From the NCBI GenBank assembly GCA_004524535.1, contig SDNY01000022.1:1-38553 (forward strand): 38,553 nt of DNA, read 5' to 3'. The notes under the pieces were generated by a model. The model ran no database searches and was not told the origin of the DNA. It saw only the letters and a program-made list of their open reading frames with translations. This DNA comes from Promethearchaeota archaeon (GTDB lineage Archaea > Asgardarchaeota > Lokiarchaeia > Sigyniarchaeales > SOKP01). A program made the position numbers and the translations under genes. Below are positions 30,526 to 38,553 of the stretch, in pieces; positions within the stretch are counted from its first letter, which is position 1; each line of letters begins with the position of its first letter.

Positions 30526-30946
30526 ATCTATTTTTGATGAGATGCCAATATTAGATAGTGATATTATTATCGCTTATTTCCGAAATGTTCCAAAAGCAGT
30601 TGAGATTATTGATAAGTTTGTTAAGGAACAGAAAATTCTGAAAACTACTATTTTCAATGTGGCAGAATTATATAAAGGAGCATATCTCTCCTCGAAAGTA
30701 AAAGAGAATATTAAAGAAATAGAAGAATTTTTAGAAAATGTAACGATTATTGATTTTACTATAAATGATGCCATAAAATTTGCCAAAATTTCAGCAGAAT
30801 TAAGACAAAAAGGTGAAATGATTGGTGATTTTGATGAATTAATAGCAAGTGTAGCTATTAATAATAATGAAACTATTTTCACGAGAAATATCAATCATTA
30901 TGAAAGAATTCCTCAATTATCATTTAAGAATTGGGAAAAAACATAA
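30518..30946 (+). CDS. vapC: VapC PIN-domain ribonuclease toxin
   Basis: LDSDIII, AELYKG, IGDFDELIASVA and TRNINHY. Confidence 0.92.
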   Translation: MNKSIFDEMPILDSDIIIAYFRNVPKAVEIIDKFVKEQKILKTTIFNVAELYKGAYLSSKVKENIKEIEEFLENVTIIDFTINDAIKFAKISAELRQKGEMIGDFDELIASVAINNNETIFTRNINHYERIPQLSFKNWEKT

Positions 30947-31018
30947 ATTAAACAATATAAAAATTAAAAATAACCTCAATCTAACTTCGTTTGTTATACT
31001 ATTCTTCTCTATCTATCT

Positions 31019-31432
31019 TTATTTTCTCTTTTTCCAAGATCTTAGTTGTAGCTTGAATATATCTTCAAATTTTTTATCTGTAGAGTATATAATATTCGTG
31101 TCATGCTTTTTACAGGTCATTGCAATTATTTCATCGTGCAATTCGTGGCTCTCCATATTCTCTAGCATTAATTTAAGGATCTCTAAGTTAAAATCATCTA
31201 TAATGATATTTTCTGATTTTTCCCATCGATCAAGAGCTTCTCTAATCACATTTATTTTCCCTACTTTTCTCATTTTCCAAAATAACTCCGCTATTGCGAT
31301 AGTAGGTATAATTACTGTTATTTTTCCATCTATCACTTTTTTCTTCAGTTCTTGAAGCATTGAAGGGATTTTCTGATAGTCATAATGAAAATAAAATAGG
31401 ACTTGAGCGTCGATTACTACTATCTCTGTCAT
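31019..31432 (-). CDS. vapC: PIN-domain toxin
   Basis: VIDAQV, IAEL, LHDEIIA and STDKKF. Confidence 0.85.
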   Translation of the reverse strand: MTEIVVIDAQVLFYFHYDYQKIPSMLQELKKKVIDGKITVIIPTIAIAELFWKMRKVGKINVIREALDRWEKSENIIIDDFNLEILKLMLENMESHELHDEIIAMTCKKHDTNIIYSTDKKFEDIFKLQLRSWKKRK

Positions 31433-31457
31433 TTTAAATCAACTGGAAATTATATAA

Positions 31458-31733
31458 TCAATTTTCATTAGGAAATAATGATTTTTTCGCTTCATCTAAC
31501 TCCTCCTCACTAAACGGAGATATTCCTTCAAATAAGTTATCTTCAATTTCGAGAGGATGAATCTTTTTTTTGATTAAAATCGTTTTATCATCTTTCAATT
31601 CCATTTCGACTAAATTCTTATCGTCAATAGCTAATTTGTCCCTCCAATCTTTTGGTATGACAATTCTTCCGTTTGATGAAACTTTTTGAGTTATTTTCTC
31701 AGTCATTTTTACCATTATTTTGTTGATTGTCAT
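31458..31733 (-). CDS. AbrB/MazE/SpoVT-family antitoxin
   Basis: KVSSNGRIVIPKDWRDKLAI; the real start may be a downstream ATG (31715 or 31706). Confidence 0.9.
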   Translation of the reverse strand: MTINKIMVKMTEKITQKVSSNGRIVIPKDWRDKLAIDDKNLVEMELKDDKTILIKKKIHPLEIEDNLFEGISPFSEEELDEAKKSLFPNEN

Positions 31734-31753
31734 TATACTATAACAAATGACAA
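31727..31753. promoter_or_regulatory. Palindrome TTGTCATT-N11-AATGACAA, probable TA autorepression operator
   Basis: Perfect 8-bp inverted repeat at the 5' end of the AbrB gene. Confidence 0.5.
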
Positions 31754-32003
31754 CAAATAAATCTTTTCAAATTTAGAATATTTTAAACAAAATATCTTGA
31801 TGAAATTGAATAATTAGAAGATAGTATCTACAATAGTTGCTTAGATCTAAATTAAAAGCATTATGTAATTTATTTTTCTCATACTATTGATAATATTTAT
31901 CTATTGGAGATATTTTTATATAAAACTGATTTATTTAAACAAAATTTTGTTTAAGTAAATTTAGAATTTAAATTTAAATAAGTTTAAAAAGATTTACGAT
32001 AAG

Positions 32004-33194
32004 ATGCTAGCTTCATTTCCAAATATGGGTCTGAGTTGGGTGGCTTTCAAGACATTAGTTGAATGTATGGGGGTAGATGTAGTTTTGCCTGACCCTACTA
32101 ATCGAGAAGCAATAAAAATAGGTGTAAAATATAGTCCCGAATTTGTTTGCTTTCCTTTTAAAGCAACACTCGGAGATCTCAAAAACGCACTTGACAAGGG
32201 AGCAGATACCCTAATAATGGCCATAGATTGCGGACCCTGCCGTTTCGGATTTTATGCAAGCGTTCAGGAGCGGCTTTTAAAAGAAATGGGTTATAAAAAC
32301 TTTAGATTAATTCCTCTTGACCAGGCTGATTTACTATCGTTCCGGTGGCTTAAACTCATATTCAAGATTGGTCCTTCCAATAGATTGGCATTATATTCAA
32401 AAGCTCTAAAAGCTGCCAAGTTTTTCCTGAAAAAAGCCAAATATCTTGAAGATATTCAAACTGCAGAGGGAATTTTTCGGGCTTACGAGCGAAATCAAGG
32501 AGATACTACTAGAGTAGTTAATAAATTAGTAAAACAACTTGACGAAACTAATACAAGTAAAGGATTTCGTGAATTCCGCAACGTTATAAAAGATACATTT
32601 AACAATATGGATATTGATAAGAATCGCAATCCCCTAAGAGTAGGGATTTCAGGAGAGATTCATATCAGTTTAGAACCTTATGTTAATCTTGATATTAGAC
32701 GGAAATTAGGGGAAATGGGGGTTTTAGTTACTCAATCTCTAAGTCTTTACGATTGGATTGTTCATAAATTCCATCTCAATTATCACAGGAAGTGGCTTGA
32801 GCATCTTGCACGTCCTCATATACCTATGGATATCGGGGGAGAAGCTGTATGGGTGATAGGAGAATATATTGAAAAAGCTAAAGCTGGATTTGATGGATTT
32901 GTGCACCAATATCCTTTCACCTGCATGCCTGAGGTTACTGCCCGAACAATTATTACAAATCATTTACAAAAGAAATACGATTTACCTGTAATTTATTTCT
33001 CATTTGACGAACAGACGAGCTCTACAGGGGGATTTCGCACAAGGCTGGAAGCGTTTGTAGACTTAATGCACGCTAGACGAGATAAAAAAATTGAGGATCA
33101 ACAAATTTCAATAGAAGCATATAAAAAAATCGCTTATGATCATTACGGAAACAATTTTTATAATGAATGTGTTCAATTTGTTCAAACAAAATAG
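32004..33194 (+). CDS. 2-hydroxyacyl-CoA dehydratase-like / CoA-activase-associated subunit (PlsR-like module)
   Basis: SFPNMG, SPEFVCFPFKATLG, GPCRFGFY, GISGEI, PFTCMPE and FDEQT...RTRLEAF. Confidence 0.85.
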   Translation: MLASFPNMGLSWVAFKTLVECMGVDVVLPDPTNREAIKIGVKYSPEFVCFPFKATLGDLKNALDKGADTLIMAIDCGPCRFGFYASVQERLLKEMGYKNFRLIPLDQADLLSFRWLKLIFKIGPSNRLALYSKALKAAKFFLKKAKYLEDIQTAEGIFRAYERNQGDTTRVVNKLVKQLDETNTSKGFREFRNVIKDTFNNMDIDKNRNPLRVGISGEIHISLEPYVNLDIRRKLGEMGVLVTQSLSLYDWIVHKFHLNYHRKWLEHLARPHIPMDIGGEAVWVIGEYIEKAKAGFDGFVHQYPFTCMPEVTARTIITNHLQKKYDLPVIYFSFDEQTSSTGGFRTRLEAFVDLMHARRDKKIEDQQISIEAYKKIAYDHYGNNFYNECVQFVQTK

Positions 33195-33201
33195 AGGTTA
33201 A

Positions 33202-34262
33202 ATGAAAATGGTACAAGTTTCAGATAAGGTCGCTCCTAGCGATAATAAGAAAGACGCTTTCCTTGGTATAGATGCTTTCTAAATTATAGAAGCAATACAA
33301 ATGTTGGAAGCGTCAGTTTAAAATTTGTTCTAATAGACACAGATGGGAATGTACTTACAAGCGTATTCTTAAGAAATAAGGGGTCACCTATCGAATCTGT
33401 TAAAGAAGGAATGGCACAATTAAGAAAGCAAGTAGAGGCAAGTGAAGAATTGCAAGGGTTTGAAATACGAGCTTGTGGAACGACGGGTTCCGCTAGATAT
33501 TTAACCAAAGCCGTTGTTGGCGGAGATCTTGCTAAGACGGAGATTATAGCTCACGCTGTAGGTGCCCAATCTGAATATCCTGATGTGAGAACAATACTAG
33601 AGATTGGAGGACAAGACTCGAAGATGATCCTCCTCCGAGATGGGATCATAGTTGATTTTGCGATGAATTCTGTCTGTGCAGCTGGGACGGGCTCTTTCCT
33701 TGATCATCAAGCTTCAAGGCTTGAAATCCCTATTGAAGAGTTTGGAAGTTATGCTGTAAAATCGACAAATCCAGTTTCAATAGCCGGGAGATGTACCGTA
33801 TTCGCTGAATCTGATATGATTCATAAGCAAAATGCGGGATATTCTCGTGAAGACATTATTGCTGGTTTATGCGATTCATTGGTTCGAAATTATTTGAATA
33901 ATTTATCCAAGGGAAAGGATTTAGACTCCCCAATTGTTTTTCAAGGCGGTGTTTCTTTTAACGCAGGGATTGTACAAGCTTTTGAGAGACACCTTGGTGT
34001 TAAAGTGGTCGTCCCTAAGCATAACGTTTTAATGGGGGCAATAGGCATGGCAATTCTAGTGAGAGATCATTACCTTAACCATGAAACTGAAACTGTATTT
34101 AGGGGATTTGAAGTTGCAGAAATAGATTTTGTCACGTCAGCCTTTAACTGCGGTGATTGTCCCAATAATTGCGAAATTGTTCAAGTTAAAATGCCAGATG
34201 AGGAGGATAAGGTGATAGCTCGATGGGGAAGTCGCTGTGGAAAATGGAACGAACTCATATAA
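33202..34262 (+). CDS. Acyl-CoA dehydratase activase (HgdC/BadFG-type ASKHA ATPase, [4Fe-4S]); join(33202..33271,33301..34262), 343 aa
   Basis: Spliced N-terminus ...AFLGIDVGSVSLK; TTGSAR, EIGGQDSK, MNSVCAAGTGSFLD, RCTVFAESD, FQGGV and C-terminal CGDCPNNC...RC. GAGGT lies upstream of ATG 33202/33208. Confidence 0.9.
33272..33300 (+). other. Putative 29-nt bulge-helix-bulge (BHB) intron in a protein-coding gene
   Basis: GUAU/AUAC 4-bp central helix, 3-nt bulges AGA and AAA, intron stem UGCUU(U)CUA/UAGAAGCA, exon stem GACGCUU(U)CC/GGAAGCGUC. Cuts after bulge nucleotide 2 restore GAT GTT GGA. Confidence 0.85.
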
Positions 34263-34355
34263 AAAAGAAAGAAAGAGATTTAAGAGTCTATAATTTTTAA
34301 CAAATTGCTGTAAGTCCTTAACTCTGGCTTTAGTCTTGGATTCCATTAGATTCAT

Positions 34356-34694
34356 TCACTCTCCTTCTTGGATTGATTTTATTAGACATTTCCCGATATA
34401 GCCGAGAAAATGCGTCACATTCCCGTTATGGTAGTCGATTATTACAAGCTTTTCTTTAATCTTCTTCTGGTTGGCAAGACTTAAGCTTTCAAACATTTCG
34501 GTTATTACTTTAATGGGCATAAGGTGGTGCATGTTACTGTCGTCAAAAAACTCTATGATTTTATCATCCAAATTCTTTTCTTCGACGAATCGGTTTAACC
34601 AACTAATGATTTCTGAGGATTCCTCAAACTCGGTTTCCCAGCTATCATCAATAATAAGAATAATAATATCTTTTCTCCAAAATAATTGATTGAT
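34356..34694 (-). CDS. Hypothetical protein, possibly MGE/virus-derived (start uncertain)
   Basis: Frame is open to 34694. WLNRFVEEK...KIKEKLVIIDYHNGNVTHFL recalls small phage-type hypothetical proteins (from memory only). Confidence 0.5.
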   Translation of the reverse strand: MNQLFWRKDIIILIIDDSWETEFEESSEIISWLNRFVEEKNLDDKIIEFFDDSNMHHLMPIKVITEMFESLSLANQKKIKEKLVIIDYHNGNVTHFLGYIGKCLIKSIQEGE

Positions 34695-35214
34695 TTATTT
34701 TAACCTGTACAAAAGTGGTTTTTGCTCCTTTCCAATTTAATTAGAAAAGAAGAAATAGAAAAAATAGATTTGATTTTAAATTTAAAAAAATTAGAGAAAA
34801 TGGATTTGATTCTATGCGTGTAGGCGTATTTCAAGTTATCTCTCTTTATTTTTTTATTTTTTTCTCTCTTTCTTTTTTATTCTTTTTCTATCATGAGCAA
34901 AAAAAATTAAGATGGGTATATTCTCTAAAAAAAGATCTTCACTCTATGCACAATCATCCCGACCATACACAATATACAATACACTACACCACGCCAAAAG
35001 CCTTTGAAAGATGTAGTCAATAGCTATTGAAAATAGCTATCATTGGATCTCTCACGATTAACGGTTTAAAAGGCTTCACTATGGAGATATTAATTACATA
35101 ATGAGGGCACATACTATATATTTGGCGTAAAAATGAAGGGTCTTGGTGAAGTCTTCAACTTATCGACTAATCATTATATCTAATCAGAATTTCCCTTAAA
35201 GAAAAATCGGTAAA

Positions 35215-35247
35215 ACTCTGAATTTATCTTTAGGGGAAAATCAGAGT
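35215..35247. repeat. 33-bp palindromic site ACTCTGA-N19-TCAGAGT, copy 1
   Basis: Same arms and spacing as 36732-36764. Confidence 0.7.
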
Positions 35248-35319
35248 AAATTAAGATAAGTGATAATAAAATAAAAAAAATATAAAAAAAAAAAAAGTGT
35301 TTTCAATTATTTTTCAAGT

Positions 35320-36516
35320 TTAAAAATCCTCGTCTTCATCAAAATCATCATCATCAAATTCAGCCTCGCTAGGTCTAGGGGCGAGAAAAACCTTCATTTC
35401 AGTATTATCTAACTCCTTAAATTTCATATATGTATTTAAGGGGTGATCGGTCTTCACGCTAAAATCTACTGTATCTCTTTTAGATAATATCTCGGACATT
35501 TTGCCTATCTGCTTTAAAAAGGTAAAAGAATACGCGCCACAACATTCTTTTTTCTGTAGCATATTCTCCAATATGGTTTTACTGCTCAACGATAACTCCC
35601 CGTCTTTGAGCTCTTCTTTAATAGGACTTAAATCAAAATAAAGGTTCTTAATGTTGTTTTTCTTCCAAATAATGTCCCCTTCTCCCAGTTGTCCTTCCTC
35701 CGAGAAGCTAATTTCATTTGGTCTGACCTTAATCGTTATGATTTCGCTGTATAAATCCATATTCCTTAAGACATACTCTAACTTGGAAGGGGAGATCGAA
35801 AACCCGGACGGGTAAACTATTCCTGAAACCATTTCTATGGGTACTTCTTCCATATCAAGATCTAAGGGTTGTAGGGTTCTGTTGATGGTGGAATTGTATT
35901 CTCTGGATTTAATGGTTATATAGAGGCGATCTTCTGCAAAAGTTAAGGTCGTCTGTGAATTATCGGTGCTATTACATTTGATTAGCTTTTGAAGATCATC
36001 AAGATTGATGCCTAATTTGCCTTCTCTTAAAAATTGATAAGATTTGCCTCTTAGTTCTATGTGAAATAAACAGATTCTTGAAGGATCCATAACAGCTATT
36101 TTGATATAGTCTTTTGTGGCCATGAATTCTATCTCGTCTATAATTGAGCTAAAAATTCTAAAAAAATTGTGCAAGGGATAAGAAGGAAAAGAGATTCTGC
36201 AAAATGCATTCTTATTTATCAGCAACTCCAATCTCCCCTGTAAATCTCTTAAAAACTTTTTCTTTCTCTGGATGATTTCCTTTGGTTTGATAAATGAATA
36301 TTCGGTAAAAATGGCGTCTAATTTAGAATTAATCTCGCTTGAGAATCTTTTCTGGAAGGTGCTGGTCTTCTCTACGAAGATAGAGGAGGATGATTTTTTA
36401 TTATAGGAAAAAAGTAGAGCGTCGAGCTTTTCGCTAAGCTCTTTGTCCTGCTCTCCTTTTTCCGCTAAGTCTGCCCAATAACTATCCTTTTCTGCTTCAA
36501 CCATTTTTCTGATCAT
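35320..36516 (-). CDS. pcn: Divergent PCNA (sliding clamp) with about 105-aa N-terminal extension and an internal insertion
   Basis: SSIIDE, MDPSRICL, GINLDDL.K, YSF.FL, KTDHPL and FLAPR, plus an acidic tail. Confidence 0.85.
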   Translation of the reverse strand: MIRKMVEAEKDSYWADLAEKGEQDKELSEKLDALLFSYNKKSSSSIFVEKTSTFQKRFSSEINSKLDAIFTEYSFIKPKEIIQRKKKFLRDLQGRLELLINKNAFCRISFPSYPLHNFFRIFSSIIDEIEFMATKDYIKIAVMDPSRICLFHIELRGKSYQFLREGKLGINLDDLQKLIKCNSTDNSQTTLTFAEDRLYITIKSREYNSTINRTLQPLDLDMEEVPIEMVSGIVYPSGFSISPSKLEYVLRNMDLYSEIITIKVRPNEISFSEEGQLGEGDIIWKKNNIKNLYFDLSPIKEELKDGELSLSSKTILENMLQKKECCGAYSFTFLKQIGKMSEILSKRDTVDFSVKTDHPLNTYMKFKELDNTEMKVFLAPRPSEAEFDDDDFDEDEDF

Positions 36517-36731
36517 CTTTTAAATTTTTGAATTAAAGTAAAAAATATAATTTAAAGTATGGATAAGATGTAAATACTGTTATTTAAATAAAATGAGGGT
36601 GGTGGTTTCGTGATATATCTTTGGAATACAAGAATATAAAGGCAAAAAGCTAAGGTGTCTTCTCTGAGCTTCAACTCATTATAAAATAAATCAAGGACAT
36701 ACTATTTAAATTAGAATGATCTTTCAGAAAT

Positions 36732-36764
36732 ACTCTGAATTCTCCCAATTGTAAAATTCAGAGT
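36732..36764. repeat. 33-bp palindromic site, copy 2 (perfect 11-bp arms TACTCTGAATT/AATTCAGAGTA over 36731-36765)
   Basis: Read directly from the sequence. Confidence 0.7.
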
Positions 36765-36773
36765 AAAAATAAA

Positions 36774-37310
36774 TCACGCAAAACTATCCTTAAAGAATTT
36801 AGAAAGGTGTTCATATATAAAATCTGTGGTTGAGCTGGTCAAATCCTCCAATAATGCGTTGTCTATGTTAGACTTGGGGATATAATCGCTTAAAGAATCC
36901 TTAATTGAACTCTTTAAAGGGGTATAAATTTGACTAATGAATTTTTCCATAAGTTTTTCAAAATCCTTTCTTACAGGAAGATTTTTTTTTACCTCTTTTT
37001 TTTGGGGTGTTTTTTGTCTTTGAATTTCAAGTGGGGGTTGTATGATATGATTGTTAAGTAAGTGTGTAAGGAAGTCGATATATCTTTGAGCTTTCCTTAT
37101 TCCTTTGGGAGTTATTTGAATAATGCTGAAATATTTCTTACTTTCTGGTTTCTGGATTAATCCCTTTTTCTCATTGATCTTTAAACATTGGGATAGCTGA
37201 CTTTTTCCTAAGGGTAAAAGCTCTTGGAGTCTTCTAAAATGGATTATGTCTTTTTTATCTCTTAATTTACAAAGACTAATTAAGACAATTATTGGGGTGT
37301 TAAAGTTCAT
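36774..37310 (-). CDS. MarR-like winged-helix DNA-binding protein
   Basis: FRRLQELLPLGKSQLSQCLKINEKKGLIQK...IQITPKG. Confidence 0.75.
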   Translation of the reverse strand: MNFNTPIIVLISLCKLRDKKDIIHFRRLQELLPLGKSQLSQCLKINEKKGLIQKPESKKYFSIIQITPKGIRKAQRYIDFLTHLLNNHIIQPPLEIQRQKTPQKKEVKKNLPVRKDFEKLMEKFISQIYTPLKSSIKDSLSDYIPKSNIDNALLEDLTSSTTDFIYEHLSKFFKDSFA

Positions 37311-37330
37311 TTTTATCCCATCTCATGTAT

Positions 37331-37415
37331 TGTTTACAACTTCTAAACAAAAAATGTTTACAAGTACTAAACAATCTGTATATTTAAATAAAAAAAAGTT
37401 TAGAGGTTCTAAACA
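37331..37415. promoter_or_regulatory. Three palindromic TGTTTA-N7-TAAACA boxes around a TATA-like element
   Basis: Boxes at 37331-37349, 37355-37373 and 37397-37415 (the last has 1 mismatch); TATTTAAATA at 37381-37390. Confidence 0.7.
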
Positions 37416-37519
37416 TTTAAGTGCCTGAAGAAAATATAAAGCAATTAGAAATACCCTAAACAAATTTGTCGAGTGAGTGGGGATTAACATTTAAGAAAAA
37501 AAAGGAAAAAAAAAAAAAA

Positions 37520-38188
37520 TTAATAAATTTGGCGTCCACATTTAGGACAGAATTGATCAATAGGTCTAAGGCCAGCACCGCATGAAGGACACGTAGAGGC
37601 GCTTGGGGAGGGTACTGGTTGTAATGTGGTTTGTTGGGGCATGATTCTTGCTGGTGTTGGGGTTTTTTTAGGTGTGGGTTCATATCTGGTTAGACCGAAT
37701 CCAATTAAAGTTATTATTGCACCCATGAAGACTCCAATAACACCAAAACCGACCTGATGATAAGACCAAATATTTGTTGTTGTAGTTGTTGTTGTTGTTA
37801 AAGTAGTTCTTGTTTGTGTACTTGTGGTAGCTATAGATAATATGACGATCCAAATAATTATAGCGACGATAGCTAAAATTGATAATTCAAGCCATAGTAA
37901 ATCTACATCTTTAAGATCCATTCTTCCTAACCTCACTTTATTACTTGTTTCGATTAATTTGATCCCAGCAATTAATATTAATATTGTACAAACAACGTAA
38001 ACTACTAGATCTATATAATTGAACCCAGACACCCATGAAGATCCGCTGCTCGTTACCTTTAAACCCCATAACCAAATATAGCTATATATAGGACCCAATC
38101 GATAATATACGGCTGGTGTTAAAACTGCTAAAATTATTAAGAATCCTCCAATAAGAGGAAATACCCAAATGTAATCCTTAATAGTCAT
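37520..38188 (-). CDS. 4-TM membrane protein with C-terminal zinc ribbon
   Basis: Four hydrophobic segments, Thr-rich loop, Pro-rich linker and CPSCG...FCPKCG. Confidence 0.85.
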   Translation of the reverse strand: MTIKDYIWVFPLIGGFLIILAVLTPAVYYRLGPIYSYIWLWGLKVTSSGSSWVSGFNYIDLVVYVVCTILILIAGIKLIETSNKVRLGRMDLKDVDLLWLELSILAIVAIIIWIVILSIATTSTQTRTTLTTTTTTTTNIWSYHQVGFGVIGVFMGAIITLIGFGLTRYEPTPKKTPTPARIMPQQTTLQPVPSPSASTCPSCGAGLRPIDQFCPKCGRQIY

Positions 38189-38553
38189 TAATTTTCTTCT
38201 CCTTAATATTTTTGACTTTTTTTTATAAAGATATCAAATAAGTATTAATTCAAATATATTTAAATCTTTTTGATAAACACTTTAATGGATATTAATAATT
38301 CACAAAGTTCCTTGGTTTCAGGAAAAAGGGATAATCGAGAAGTACAACTATAATGCGTTATCCAATTGTGTCGTATAATATTTTAATAAAAAAAATTAAT
38401 AATTATGGTATTAACACCTTTTAGGTGATAAGCCATTTTTTTTTCTTTTACTTATTTAGTAAAAATTTAGATTAATATTATTTAAACTCTTGGAATTATC
38501 ATTCTTTTCTCTCGCAAACTATCAATCTTTGTGGTGTGTGGAGCCTCAGCTTC

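Noticed and set aside
30574-31355. ORFs 30574-30894 and 30867-31355
   Set aside because: Antisense shadows of the two PIN toxin genes.
33272-33300. Transposon footprint or simple pseudogenising insertion (ATG appears at both junctions)
   Set aside because: It cannot be fully excluded, but the exact 3-4-3 BHB geometry, frame-restoring cut sites and otherwise intact gene favour an intron.
33411-34262. 283-aa ORF as the complete activase
   Set aside because: It lacks the essential N-terminal GIDxGS phosphate-binding motif, which is present upstream across the insert.
34814-35023. 69-aa + strand ORF
   Set aside because: Low-complexity T-rich translation with no motif; likely spurious or decayed DNA.

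Overview
AT-rich archaeal chromosomal DNA, most likely from an Asgard archaeon (Lokiarchaeia/Promethearchaeota). This assignment is inferred from a Rab-like GTPase, a longin-GTPase fusion, a Vps22/36-like protein and poly-Asp/TM-anchored surface proteins. From left to right the window holds: a 2543-aa surface protein (3 six-bladed kelch propellers, about 10 Ig-like domains) with an overlapping wHTH regulator; acyl-CoA dehydrogenase; a tandem ESCRT-II-like protein; phosphohexomutase; two small GTPases; a 2H phosphoesterase; a PUA protein; a GH106 glycosidase; three PIN-type toxin-antitoxin pairs; an MFS transporter; a putative lipid gene cluster (HAD phosphatase, double-PlsC acyltransferase, three PlsA/PlsR-like CoA-activase/dehydratase subunits); and an MGE-like segment with an aberrant PCNA and a wHTH repressor. 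Top finding: the activase gene is interrupted inside its GIDVGS ATP-binding motif by a 29-nt insert (33272-33300) that folds into a canonical bulge-helix-bulge. Cutting at the canonical tRNA-splicing-endonuclease positions exactly restores the reading frame, so this is a candidate mRNA intron in an Asgard archaeon, located in a candidate bacterial-type plasmalogen/ether-lipid pathway. Also notable are two cargo insertions each flanked by a duplicated, mostly synonymously diverged 3' end of the upstream gene. All product calls come from motif recognition by eye; no database searches were run.
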